Positions 1 to 12,167 of a stretch of DNA of 64,000 bases are shown piece by piece; the first letter of the stretch is position 1, and the number at the start of each line of letters is the position of its first letter. This DNA comes from Octopus vulgaris (taxonomy: Eukaryota): positions 18,476,001 to 18,540,000 of the forward strand of contig OX597841.1 in NCBI GenBank assembly GCA_951406725.2. The letters run 5' to 3'. The notes below the pieces were generated by a model that was not told the origin of the DNA, made no database searches, and saw only the letters and a list, made by a program, of their open reading frames with translations. A program made the position numbers and the translations under genes.

Positions 1-69
1 AAAAAAAAAAGGTTTTTTTTTTTTTTTTTTTTTTTAAACCGAAAATTATGTTTGTTTTAAACCTTGAGA

Positions 70-2850
70 TTACATAGAGAGTATTTTGCGTAGGATATGA
101 GCAGTTCCCATGAGCACTATCTTTTGAACTTCTGCCATTTTTGGGTTTCCTGGTATCTGAGTTAGGTAGCTATCAGCCCCTTTTGCTATCATTCCCAGGG
201 CACCTATGACAACAGGTATTGTTTTAGTCTTCAGCTTCCACATTTTGCTGATTTCTATTTCAAGATCTTTATATTTGCTCAGTTTTTGGTAGGTCTTGAC
301 AGATACGTTTATATCGATTGGGACAGTCATATCAATGAGGAGGCATGTTCTTTGTTTGAAGTTTTTCAATATGATGTCTGGCCTATTTGCATCTATCTTC
401 CTGTCAGTTTGAATGGTGAAGTTCCAGAGGAGTGAGATGTGGTCATTTTCAAGCACTGGGGGTGGTTTGTGTTCCCACCAGTTTTTTTCATGGGGCAAAT
501 CCAGGTTTTTACAGATTACCCAGTGAATATATTGTGCAGCTCTATCGTGCCTGTTGAGATACTCTGTAGGCGCTAGAAGACTGCACTTGGAGACCACATG
601 GTCAATGGTTTCATTTTGTTGCTTGCATACACGACACGTTGGACTGCTTCTGATCTTTAATATGTTGGCCTGGTAGTTTCTTGTTGGTAGGCATTGATCT
701 TGAGCTGCTATGATAAACCCCTCTGTTTCAGATTTTAAGCCAGAGGCCATTAGCCATTGATGGGTCAGGGCTTTGTCGATATCTGCATTATTCGCTCTCT
801 TTGGGTATTTGCCATAGAGAGGTTTTTCTTGCCATTTATTATTCAGAATATCTAAGGCCGCAGTTTTGGCACGGGTTTTCATGCGCCTAGCTTTTTCTGT
901 GCTTGTTTCTTGTATATCTATCTCTAATTCCGAAATTGGTTGTATTCGGAATTCACTTAGATATTCCTTTGCCTGTTTTGTGACTGAGTATGATGCTTTC
1001 TTGTTTTCATGTTTTGAGACAAGTTTTAGCATCCAGTCCTCAGAGTTTTTCAGGTAGGTGTCTAGGCCAATTGTAGCAATCTTCATTGTTATTGCCAGTT
1101 GCAAAAGACCACGGCCTCCCTCTTTTCTTGGCAGATAGAGTCGTTCTGTATCTGCCTTAGGGTGGTGCATTCTATGCATTGTCAACAGTTTCCTTATTTT
1201 TCTGTCGAGCTGACATATTTCAGTAATTGACCAGTTAACAATATTGAAACTGTAAGTCACGACTGGTATAGCTAATGCATTGATTGCTTCGATCCTGTTT
1301 CTTGCATTCAGCTCTGTCTTGAGTATTGCTCTCACTCTTCGATAGCATTCTCTCCTGATCCTTTCCTTCATCTCTGAATGCCTTATTCCGTTCCCTTCAA
1401 TTATCCCTAGGTACTTGTAGCTCTCCGCTGGGTCTAGTTCTTTTATGACATTCTGTTGGTCAAGGTTAACGTTAGATGTTTCTGTCATTTTTCCTTTGAT
1501 AAAGGTAGCCTTTGCACATTTATCGAGGCCGAATTGCATTCTGATGTCGTCACTGAATTGTTTGACTATCGCTAGTAAGCCCTTGAGTTGTTGATCATTT
1601 TTTGCAAAAAGCTTTAAATCATCCATGTAAACGAGATGATTTATATTTTTATCAAACATTTTATACCCGTACTGCGCATCATTGAGCAGCTTTGAGAGAG
1701 GTATTAAGGATAAACAAAAGAGGAGTGGTGACAGTGAGTCACCCTGGAAAATGCCACACGAAATTTTTACATCACCAGCATTTAGGGATTCACTGTCACT
1801 GTTCAGAGTTAGTGTGGTTCTCCATGATCTCATACTTACAGTCAAGAAGTTTCGCAGAGTTGGTGCTATCTTATACATTTCAAGGCATTTCCTAATCCAG
1901 CTATGTGGTAGGCTATCAAAAGCCTTTTTATAGTCTATCCAGGCTATTGACAAGTTTTTGTGTCGTTTGTGACAATCTTCTAAGATCATCTTATTGATGA
2001 GTAGTTGGTCTTTACAGCCGTAGGATCCACGTTTACATCCTTTCTGTTCATTAGGGAATATGCTGCTGTCTGTTAAAAAACTATAGGTATATTCCGTCAG
2101 GACAGATGTTAGTGTTTTGTACATAGTTGTTAAGCAGGTTATGGGTCTATAGTTTTTTGGTTCATTTGTTTCTTCACTTTTTGGAAGCAGGTATGTTAAC
2201 CCATTAACTAGCCAAGGAGGCATCCTACTAGGGTGTTGCAAAACATCATTGTACAATTCTGTTAGCAGTTCATGGCTCTCTGGGAAGGCATTCAGCCAGA
2301 AGTTAGGAATTTTATCCTTTCCTGGAGACTTCCATTTGCTTGACCTCCTGAGAGCAGATCTTATATCTTCTACCTTGACACCCTCCCACTTTTGCTCTTC
2401 TAAGGGGTCCAGTTCTGTAGATATTCTGTCAATCCAGGGGGCCTTTTCGTTGTGTGTTTTTTCTTCTGCCCAGATTTTATTCCAAAATCTCTGCACTTCT
2501 TCTTTTGATGGTACAGACCCTGCAGTAAACGCTGTTTTTCCTATCTTCCTGTAAAAATTCTTGGTGTTATTTTTGAACATGTTGTTGTCCTTGAAAAATC
2601 TAACACGCTTTTCATACCTCGCTATGCGGGCAGCTTTGGCAGATACCTTTTGTTTGATGGTTTCTATGGTGGCATCAATATCAAGTATAGTTTTCATATT
2701 GTATTTTTTCAGTAATTTTTGGGTTTTTGTAGGTTTGGTAATCTTGTGAGCCTTAAGGTTTTTCAAATATTCAATGTCAGATCTAAATATTTTAATTTGT
2801 TGTTGCAGACGCTCTTGCCAAGAAGGCTTTTGTGGGACTGTTGCCGTTTT
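70..2850 (-). CDS. Non-LTR reverse transcriptase-RLE polyprotein, main frame (898 aa called; frame open upstream to ~2850, KPSWQERLQQQI...)
   Basis: Motifs: KSPGKD, NYRPITCL, EQKG, IDYKKAFDS, GIFQGDSLSP, YMDD, CRVC-x8-H-x4-C zinc knuckle, RHD, RPDI...D...KLSKY (PD-(D/E)xK nuclease). Confidence 0.93.
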   Translation of the reverse strand, partial: KTATVPQKPSWQERLQQQIKIFRSDIEYLKNLKAHKITKPTKTQKLLKKYNMKTILDIDATIETIKQKVSAKAARIARYEKRVRFFKDNNMFKNNTKNFYRKIGKTAFTAGSVPSKEEVQRFWNKIWAEEKTHNEKAPWIDRISTELDPLEEQKWEGVKVEDIRSALRRSSKWKSPGKDKIPNFWLNAFPESHELLTELYNDVLQHPSRMPPWLVNGLTYLLPKSEETNEPKNYRPITCLTTMYKTLTSVLTEYTYSFLTDSSIFPNEQKGCKRGSYGCKDQLLINKMILEDCHKRHKNLSIAWIDYKKAFDSLPHSWIRKCLEMYKIAPTLRNFLTVSMRSWRTTLTLNSDSESLNAGDVKISCGIFQGDSLSPLLFCLSLIPLSKLLNDAQYGYKMFDKNINHLVYMDDLKLFAKNDQQLKGLLAIVKQFSDDIRMQFGLDKCAKATFIKGKMTETSNVNLDQQNVIKELDPAESYKYLGIIEGNGIRHSEMKERIRRECYRRVRAILKTELNARNRIEAINALAIPVVTYSFNIVNWSITEICQLDRKIRKLLTMHRMHHPKADTERLYLPRKEGGRGLLQLAITMKIATIGLDTYLKNSEDWMLKLVSKHENKKASYSVTKQAKEYLSEFRIQPISELEIDIQETSTEKARRMKTRAKTAALDILNNKWQEKPLYGKYPKRANNADIDKALTHQWLMASGLKSETEGFIIAAQDQCLPTRNYQANILKIRSSPTCRVCKQQNETIDHVVSKCSLLAPTEYLNRHDRAAQYIHWVICKNLDLPHEKNWWEHKPPPVLENDHISLLWNFTIQTDRKIDANRPDIILKNFKQRTCLLIDMTVPIDINVSVKTYQKLSKYKDLEIEISKMWKLKTKTIPVVIGALGMIAKGADSYLTQIPGNPKMAEVQKIVLMGTAHILRKILSM

Positions 2851-3402
2851 CTAATCTTTACACCACATAGGATCGTTGAGATTTTCGCGGATGCATAGTA
2901 TAGGTGGTTGAGGTTTGTGATATCAACATCATTAACTGAAATTATATCCTTAAGTGCAAGCCGGATTTTACCAATTATTTTCATGTTTTGGTTAGAGTTG
3001 CGGATTTTAGGAAGTGTATCACGCTCATCCATGCTGGTTTCTTTAATTTTCAGCCATTCAATCATGATTTGATTTTTTAGCTCATGTAGTTCTGTTGGGT
3101 CAATATTTGTGTGACTTTCTTTATCTATTTGATGCTCATCTGTCTTAGTGTTTATGATTGGTTCAGGGCGTATTTCACTTTGCCTATCACTTATACTAAC
3201 TCTTTCAATCCTCTCTTCGTTTTTATCCGCCCTGGGCTGGTCTATAATCATTTCCTCTGTATTATCTTCTCTAGCTGCAGCTTCGTTCATTTTATCCGAT
3301 ATTGCTTGTCTAACCTGATCAATCTCTACTTCAGTCAGTAATTTCTTTTTTATAATGTTTCTTCTAACATTGGCAAGCTTGTTACTGTCTATGTAGGGTC
3401 TT
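2847..3402 (-). pseudogene. N-terminal part of the same R4/Dong ORF, separated from the main frame by a 1-nt frameshift
   Basis: NKLANVRRNIIKKKLLTEVEI and LPKIR...NHLYYASA segments resemble Dong N-termini. Adding one A to the A4 run at 2847-2850 fuses the two frames (KIRKTATVPQKPSW). Confidence 0.8.
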
Positions 3403-3485
3403 AATTATTGTTGTTATTATTATTATTATTATTGTTATTATTATTGTTATTGTTGTTGTTGTTGTTGTTATTATTATTGTTATTA

Positions 3486-3553
<68 letters not shown>

Positions 3554-3571
3554 GTTATTATTGTTATTATT
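3403..3571. repeat. (TTA/TTG)n microsatellite, probable Dong target
   Basis: Direct reading. Confidence 0.95.
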
Positions 3572-3627
3572 TCATACATCGTATCATATAAATATCGAAT
3601 GCCTCATTTGTTTATTAAGATGTTAGT

Positions 3628-3890
3628 ATATGATTTGAGGGAGGTTTGCTTGCTATTTCTACTCCGTTTACCCTGCATGAAGATGGCCCCTTCGTTGGCT
3701 CATGCATGCATAAGACAATGGAATGTGATTTGAGGGAGATTTAGCTACCATTTCTACCCCGTTTACCGTCTATCAAGAGGACCCACTCGTTGGCTCATGC
3801 ATTCATAAGATTGCAGAATATGGTTTGTGCCAGATTTGGCTGCTATGTCTAGCATGTTCGAAGAGCCGTGCAAAGGGACCGTTAGCTTCT
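3628..3890 (+). repeat. Three diverged ~100-bp tandem units carrying GATTTGGCTGCTATTTCTA-like motif
   Basis: Units begin near 3632, 3727 and 3833. The first two share gatttgaggg and tcgttggctcatgcat. Confidence 0.6.
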
Positions 3891-3944
3891 TTCTCTTTTT
3901 ATGTCTGCTTTCAATGAAATTTTTCCAAGGATTCCCCACCACTT

Positions 3945-4049
3945 CTACACAACACACACACACACACACACAACACAAACAGTCGCGTATACACAAACAC
4001 ACTAACACAGATATACACAAGAACACAACATGCACACTCTCACATATAC

Positions 4050-4087
<38 letters not shown>

Positions 4088-4294
4088 GAGAAATACGTAC
4101 AGAAAATAGCTGGCTGGCTGGATGGGTGGATGGACAGAGAAAGACAGACAGACAAAGCGAGAAAGAGGGAGAGGGAGAGAGTGAAAAGAGGTAGTGAGAG
4201 AGAGAGAGTGATCGATAGAGAGTGAACGATAGAGAGGGAGAGATAGAGAGGGAGAGAGAGTGAAATTGAGACAGAGTGAAAAAGACAGAGAGAG

Positions 4295-4326
<32 letters not shown>

Positions 4327-4894
4327 TGAGTGATCGATAGAGAGTGAGAGATAGAGAGGGAGAGACAGTGAAATTGAGACAGAGAGAAAAAGAGAGAGAG
4401 AGTGAGAATGAGACAGAGAAAAAGAGAGAGAGTGAGAGATAGAGAGTGAGCGATAGAGAGTGAACGATAGAGAGTGAGCGATAGAGAGTGAGAGAGAGAA
4501 ATAGAGGTTATTTACTGCATGATGCCCCCCCCCCCCTGTTGTGTCGTCTGCTCCTTCCTGGGACGTCGTCCTCCCAATTTGTTTGATAAATAAGTTATCT
4601 AAAATATATTTTTGAATCATAAAATTGGTAGGAAAACATGGAAACGGAAAGAAACAAATGGAAACTTTATATTTTGTGAACGAAGAGCTTTTATGTATTT
4701 ATGAATTTATTTTAGAAAGAAAACGGAGCTACTCAGGCGAGGGGGCCACATATGGCCGGATACAAATGCATACGTGATTATTATCTATGTCCGTACCTAC
4801 GTTCAGGCTGACATTTATACTTACAGACGTACGTACATAGGTATAGACATTTATACATATCTTCGTACGTGATACGGACATATATATTGTAGTA

Positions 4895-4935
<41 letters not shown>

Positions 4936-4971
4936 GTGTGTGTGTGTGTGTGTGAAATGTGTGTGTGTGAA

Positions 4972-5007
<36 letters not shown>

Positions 5008-5900
5008 TGTGTGTGTGTGTGTGTGTGTGTGAATGTGTTTGTTTGTGTGGGAAATGTGTGTGTGTGAAATGTGTGTGTGTGTGTGTGTGAAATGTGTGTG
5101 TGTGTGTGTGTGAAATGTGTGTGTGTGTGTGTGTGAAATGTGTGTGGGGGGGGAATGTGTGTGTGTGTGAAATGTGTGTGTGTGTGTGTGTGAAATGTGT
5201 GTCTGTGTGTGTGAAATGTGTGTGTGTGTGTGGGAAATGTGTGTGTGTGGGGTGTGTGTGTGTGTGTGAAATGTGTGTGTGTGTGTGTGTGTGTGTGAAA
5301 TGTGTGTGTGTGTGTGTGTGCAGCATGAGACAAACGGAACAACGATTCGAGAGGAAAGAGACAAAGGAAAAGTTAAAGGAAGAAAAAGAAAAGGAGACGA
5401 AACAAGAAGAGAGAGAGAGAGAAAAAGAAAGAATAAGAAAGAAAGAGGGGGAGAAGAAAGACAGGACGAGAGGAAAGGGATTTAACAGTGAGGGAAAGAG
5501 AGAGAGAGTAAATGTGAGAGAGAGAGGAAGAAGAAGAAAAAAGAAAGAAAGAGGCGAGGGAGGAGAAAGACAGGACGAGAGAGAAGGGATTTAACAGCGA
5601 GGGTAGGAGAGAGAGTAAAAGTGAGAGAGAGAGAGAGGAATAAGAAGAAAAAAGAAAGAGGCGGGGGAGTAGAAAGACAGGACGAGGGAGAAAGATTTAA
5701 CAGCGAGGGAAAGACAGAGAGAGTAAAAGTGAGAGAGAGAGGAAGAAGAAGAAAGAAAAAAGACAGGACGAGGGAGAAGGACTTAACAGCGAGGGAAAGA
5801 GAGAGAGAGTAAAAGTGAGAGAGAGAGAGAGAGATTGAAAGAAAGAAAGAAAGAAGCGAAGAGAAGAAATTAAGCAGAGAGAGAGGAGGAAAGAGAGATA
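3945..5900. repeat. Compound (CA)n, (GA)n, (TG)n-GAAA and purine-rich tandem repeats
   Basis: Direct reading. The 5460-5830 segment has ~120-bp units containing gacaggacgag...ttaacagcgagg. Confidence 0.9.
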
Positions 5901-6236
5901 GCTGCAAGTTATTTACTCCGTAACTACTTCCTGTTGTGTCGTCTGCTTCTGCGGTGGACATCGTCTTTCCAATGCGTTGGATAAGTAAGTTTTGTTTAAA
6001 ATATATTTTTGTGTAGAATATTTGTTGGAAAAACTCGGAAATAGAAACAAACTGATTGTAACTTTGTATTTTGTGAACGAGGAAGTCAATGTTTGTGTGA
6101 GAAAGAGGAGGTCGGAACCATAGCATAGCAGAAGATGAAGAATGCTTTGGCTGCCAGCATGGATAGGCATGGCAACACAAACGTTAAATGACGATGATGA
6201 AGGTGTGTAAGTGTATACACACACTCACACACATAA

Positions 6237-6269
<33 letters not shown>

Positions 6270-6398
6270 TGTATGTATGTATGTTTTTATGTATGTATGT
6301 ATGTGTGTATGTATGTAATTATATGTATGCATTGTATGCATGTATGTATGTCTGTATGTATGTATGTATGTCTCTATCTATCTATCTATCTATATATG

Positions 6399-6457
<59 letters not shown>

Positions 6458-6466
6458 GTATATATA

Positions 6467-7092
<626 letters not shown>

Positions 7093-7109
7093 TTATATAT
7101 ATATAAAAA

Positions 7110-7450
7110 AAGGGTAAAGACCCCCTTCGGTCATGAATGACCATGGGATTGCACCTAGAAAGTTACCCTCCTAGACACAAGTCCGGGCAAGGTTGTTTAT
7201 GGAAGGCCAGCAGCCGCCCATGCATACCAGCCTCCCCTCTCCATGCCACCAGGGTTATCCAAGGGAAAGACAAAGGTCGATACAGTTTGGCACCAGTGAC
7301 GTCGCAACTCATTTCTACAACTGAGTGAACTGAAGCAATGTGAAATAAAAGCATCTTGCTCAAGAACACAACACGCAGCCCGGTCCGGGATTCGAGCTCA
7401 CAACCTCACGATCGTAAGCTCGATGCTCTAACCACTGAGCCATGCGCCTT

Positions 7451-7452
<2 letters not shown>
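7110..7452 (-). mobile_element. tRNA-derived SINE (family E)
   Basis: Minus strand begins GGCGCATGGCTCAGTGGTTAGAGC...GCTCGAATCC (A/B boxes). A homolog lies at 52720-52970 (+) and a related head at 42960-43105 (-). Confidence 0.8.
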
Positions 7453-7515
<63 letters not shown>

Positions 7516-7524
7516 CTATGTATG

Positions 7525-7569
<45 letters not shown>

Positions 7570-7574
7570 CTATG

Positions 7575-7617
<43 letters not shown>

Positions 7618-7673
7618 CTATGCATGTATGTGTGTATGTCTCTATCTATCTATCTATATATGTATATATATAT

Positions 7674-7723
7674 ACCGGAGTAAACACATAAATGTGAAGC
7701 AAGGTGGAAAAAAGAGTACTCAA

Positions 7724-7755
<32 letters not shown>

Positions 7756-7974
7756 GCATGTATATATATATACTTTATTTAAAAGCAGCAGAAATTCAAC
7801 AAAACCTGTTACTCAGAGTTTCACGTTCCCGTGTCCGTCGAACGGGAACATGAAACTCCAAGTAACAGGTTTTGTTGAGTTTCTGCTGCTTTAAATAAAG
7901 CATATTACTCTGCCCCTGGTATTTGAGTACTCTTTTTTTCCACCTTGTTTCACATTTATGTGTTTACTCCGGTG
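7674..7974. mobile_element. Foldback element family 1, second copy (left arm interrupted by TA repeat); hammerhead relic at 7831-7869 (+)
   Basis: accggagtaaacacataaatgtg...cacatttatgtgtttactccggt. GT-CCGTCGA-ACG GGAA CAT-GAAAC TCCAA GTA-ACAGG. Confidence 0.75.
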
Positions 7975-7992
7975 TATCTATCTATATATATA

Positions 7993-9385
7993 CTAGCATT
8001 ATGACCCATCGTTGCCGGGTCATAGTGCTAGTGCATGTATATATATCATCATCATCATCATCATCATTTAGCGTCTGTTTTCCATGCTAGCATGGGTTGG
8101 ACGGTTCAACTGGGGTCTGTGAAGCCGGAAGGCCGCATCAGGCCCAGTCAGATCTGGCAGTGTTTCTACGGCTGGATACCCTTCCTCACGCCAACCACTC
8201 CGAGAGTGTAGTGGGTGCTTTTTACGTGCCACCCGCACAGGTGCCAGACGGAGCTGGCAAATGGCCACAAACGGATGGTGTTTTTTACGTGCCATGGGCA
8301 CGGGGGCCAGGCGAGGCTGGCAACGAACACGAATGGATGGTGCTTTTACAGGGGCCAGGCGAGGGGAGGCGAGGCCAGGGAGGCCAGTACAATATATATG
8401 TACAATATATGTGTACATATTACAAGTACATCTATATATATACATCTACACATAAAATACAAAATACAAAGTTATATCTTGATATCACTAGTAATAACAA
8501 TACTCAAAATATATAACAGATTGGAATTGTAGGCCCGTCTCTTGCAATTTCGATCAATTGTATCTTGTCCTACCTCTTGTATAGAAGTGTGGCTACAATC
8601 CAGCCTACCTCTACTTCTGGTGGGGGGGGGGACATTTTAAATTTTTTTCCGGGAAGTCCTACATCCCAGATATAAGGGTAAAAATAAAATATTTCCACTT
8701 TACAAGGTTCGAGTCGATTACTTCCTTGCACGCTCCGTTGACTCGAACCTTGCTTCAATTGTGGCAAATTTACCGCCTCTGGTTAGATACTTGATATCTT
8801 TCATAGTCGCACCAAGACAGTTTTCAATGGTGCTTTACTCCAGGTGTTCAAATCTTTTTTCTCTACATTGTATACTTTATAGACAATAGGCTTTTCTTTA
8901 ATTTAATTTTTTATTATCCATCTGGACTATTCCATTTCTGCATGCTAATTTTATTTTTAATTTATTCCCATTCATGTGAAACCACTTATTCAAGTTCAAG
9001 TCATTGATGCAATTTTATACCAATTGCTATTTTTACTTTTGTTATGTTACGATTATATTATACTTTAGTTTGATTTTAATTATTACTTACTACATATAAT
9101 TCAATTGTTATTATTTTTATTGTTAAAGTGAAAGTATCTGACATAAAATAGAGAAATATTTTTGTTTCACTTTTAATACGTAATACTGAAATAGTGGAGA
9201 AGATATGATATTGCTATGGGCTCGCTCTAGGCAAGAAGTTCAACATTTTTTTTGCCCATGAAATTACATGGACCCTAAGTAAGGCATGTGTAAAATTTGA
9301 ATGAAATTGGTTGAGTAGTTCTCAAGTTTTAGGGGACCACACAGACAGACAGACACACATTCTCAGTTTCATATATATATATATA
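7993..9385 (-). mobile_element. Putative non-autonomous Helitron-like element with nested RTE-tail insertion
   Basis: Minus-strand 3' end CCCGGCAACGATGGGT...CTAG|T at 7993-8020. The minus-strand 5' end at 9290-9385 resembles the start of the element at 53794. Confidence 0.45.
8045..8390 (-). mobile_element. RTE-LINE 3' tail / RTE-dependent SINE with (GAT)n end (family C). Further copies at 9385-9700, 10265-10490, 31700-32100, 36405-36720, 41150-41290 (-) and 27610-28195, 46030-46360, 46545-46730, 49180-49310 (+)
   Basis: Shared ttccatgctagcatgggttggac...ggatgcccttcctaacgccaaccact block next to (CAT)n. At 12565-13960 the same block is contiguous with RTE coding sequence. Confidence 0.85.
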
Positions 9386-9767
9386 TCATCATCATTTAGC
9401 GTCCGCTTTCCATGCTAGCATGGGTTGGATGGTTCAACTGGGGTCTGGGAAGCCAGAAGGCTGCACCAGGCCCAGTCTGATCTGGCAATGTTTCTACGGC
9501 TGGATGCCCTTCCTAACACCAACCACTCCATGAGTGTAGTGGGTGCTTTTTACGTGCCACCGGCACAGGTGCCAGACGGGGCTGGTAAACGGCCACGGTC
9601 GGATGGTGCTTTTTACGTGCCATGGGCACGGGGGCCAGGCGAGGCTGGCAATGGCCATGATCGGATGGTGCTTTTTACGTGCCACCGGCATGGAGGCCCA
9701 CAAAAATGCTTCAAACTGGTATTGTTTCAGATTTCTTTTTATCTTGCATTTTATTCTAATTTCTTTA

Positions 9768-9990
9768 TTGCCCACAAGGGGCTAGACATAGAGGGGACAA
9801 ACAAGGACAGACAAAGGTATTAAGTCGATTGCATCGACCCCAGTGCGTAACTGGTACTTAATTTATCGACCCCGAAAGGATGAAAGACAAAGTCGACCTC
9901 CACGGAATTTGAACTCAGAACGTAACGACAGACGAATTACAGCTACGCATTTCGCCTGGTGTGCAAATGTTTCTACCAGCTTGCTGCCTT
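9768..9990 (-). mobile_element. SINE family B. Further copies at 14460-14680, 15445-15630, 56780-56920, 60235-60690 (+, internally duplicated) and 32405-32605 (-)
   Basis: Shared gagttcaaattcc (B box) + gtcgactttgcctttcatcctttcggggtcgataaattaagtaccag domain. Confidence 0.85.
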
Positions 9991-10059
9991 TTATTCTATT
10001 TTGTTAAAGAGTTCACCCAAAATATCCTTTTACTTTTCTCCAGCGCACAATTCACTGTT

Positions 10060-10680
10060 TTTCTTTTATTTGTTTCAGTCATTTGACTGTGACCATGCTG
10101 GAGCACCGCCTTTAGTCAAGCAAATCGACCCCAGGACTTATTCTTTGTAAGCCTAGTGCTTATCCTATTGGTTTCTCTTGCCGAACCGCTAAGTGACGGG
10201 GACGTAAACACATCAGCATCGGTTGTCAAGCGATGTTGTGGGGACAAATACAGACACACAAACATATCATCATCATCATTTAATGTCCGTTTTCTATGCT
10301 AGCATGGGTTGGACGATTTGACTGAGGTCTGGCAAACCAGATGGCTGCACCAGACTCCAATCTGATCTGGCAGCATTTCTACAGCTGGATGTCCTTCCTA
10401 ACGCCAACCACTCCAAGAGTGTAGTGGGTGCTTTTATGTGCCACCAGCATGAGGGCCAGTCAAGCGGTACTGGCAATGGCCACACTCAAATATACATACT
10501 TAGATATATATATATATATATATGATGCGCTACTTTCACTTTCCATCTACCAAATCCACTCACAAGGCTTTGGTCAGCTCGAGGCTATAGTAGAAGATAC
10601 TTGCCCAAGGTACCACGAGTGGGACTGAACCCAGAACCATGTGGTTGGTAAGCAAGCTACTTACCACACAGCCACTTCTA
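10060..10680 (-). mobile_element. tRNA-derived SINE family A, interrupted by a family C insertion
   Basis: Matches the full copies at 20805-21220 and 49817-50235. Confidence 0.85.
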
Positions 10681-11367
10681 TTTTTTATTGTTATTGTTGG
10701 CATGTTTTTACAGTTTATCCAACACTTTTTCAATTTTTGTCTACCTGTTCTAACCTTTCACATTATACACCTGTCCATTTCTTATTCCCTTTGTTCCATT
10801 TGTGCTATTTCACCTCTAATTATAGATATATCATTATTCTCATCATTTTTTGGTGGGTTCCACTCTCTCCCCACTTCATGTTTACATAGGTTGGTCTCCA
10901 GAACTTCTGCAGAACTGCACTTTTGCTATTTGTTATAGTCATCCCTTGTCATCTCCTACATTAGATTCAGAATGTTGATTATACTATTCAGAACTCTCAA
11001 GACAGTCTGACGTATTCTGGCCTGAAACAATAAAAAAAAAGCTCCCGTTCATCCGGACTACTGTGGATAATACTTCTATAAATATTAATTTAGAGGAGGT
11101 GGTGGTAGTGGTGGTGGTGGTAGTGGTGGTGGTGGTGGTGGTGGTGGTTGTGATGGTTTTGGCTGTGGTCTCTTAGAAATTTGAGTATTTTTGCTGTGTT
11201 GGGAAGATTTGTTCAAGAAATTGAGTTTTACCTTGTTTATGACTTCCAGAATTGCCAGGAATAAATAAAACTGGGATACCGTGCAAATTGAAGCTTCTTA
11301 ATGATTCTGCATAAAAGCCTTCTCCATAGACATATATATATATGTATATATATATATGTCTATGTAT

Positions 11368-11533
11368 ATCACATGATCACATGAGTGACCAGGCTATCAG
11401 ATGTTGCTACACATCGCTGGTCACAATGCGCTTTGCATTGTTTTAGCCCCGCTGGCTAAGCGGGCAGGCCTACAGAAGAAAGAGTGAGAGAAAGTTGTGA
11501 CGAAAGAGTACAGCAGGGATTGCCACCACCCCC
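11368..11533 (-). mobile_element. SINE family D, 3' part only
   Basis: Matches 18722-18967 and 23222-23535. Confidence 0.75.
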
Positions 11534-12026
11534 TGATGAGTAGCTAGTGAAGTACCCTCATTGAGTAGTTATTACTTTCAAGGTTCTGCTAGCTAGGAAA
11601 CATATGTAGCCTGGATATTATCTACTCCATTCCTTAAATTTGGATTCTTATTTGCATACATAGCAACCCAGGTTGCTAACCATGGACAATAAAGTAACTT
11701 TTTCAGCTTACTGAACTTTGATATGGGAAAAATTTAATACCTTCTACACCAATAAACTACTATTGTTCCTGAAAGTTGCTTTTTATTGTCCAAGGTTAGC
11801 AACCTGGGTTGCTATGTATGCAAATAAGAATCCAAATTTAAGGAATGGAGTAGATAATATCCAGGCTACATATGTTTCCTAGCTAGCAGAACCTTGAAAG
11901 TAATAACTACTCAATGAGGGTACTTCACTAGCTACTCATCAGGCTGAAGATATCTTAGTTAAATGAAGGTTACATTGTTGTCAAGGGATCCCAAGTTAAC
12001 TCATGGGAGATTTGACTGAAAGTGGG

Positions 12027-12028
<2 letters not shown>
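11532..12028. mobile_element. Foldback element family 3 (about 170-bp arms) with a hammerhead-like motif in each arm
   Basis: Arms 11532-11705 and 11769-11943. CTGATGA-G-TAGCTAG...CTAGCTA-G-GAAAC ATAT GTA at 11533-11608 (+), mirrored at 11867-11942 (-). Confidence 0.8.
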
Positions 12029-12114
<86 letters not shown>

Positions 12115-12129
12115 TACACACGCACACAT

Positions 12130-12164
<35 letters not shown>

Positions 12165-12167
<3 letters not shown>

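Larger units (their letters stand above)
1..3402 (-). mobile_element. R4/Dong-clade non-LTR retrotransposon (RT + CCHC + restriction-like endonuclease), 5'-truncated at a (TAA)n array; 3' UTR probably continues past window start
   Basis: Coding sequence runs from ~3402 (RPYIDSNKLANVRR...) through ORF 2763-3290 and ORF 70-2766. It starts abruptly at the edge of the TAA array. An A-rich tract follows the stop codon. Confidence 0.9.

Noticed and set aside
866-2749. Short plus-strand ORFs opposite the Dong ORF (and 63172-63792 opposite HERO)
   Set aside because: Antisense shadows of the retrotransposon coding frame.
10940-11330. Possible minus-strand exons (strong acceptor near 11024, poly-Pro frame near 11100-11150)
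   Set aside because: Short, unrecognisable peptide with no supporting partner exons.
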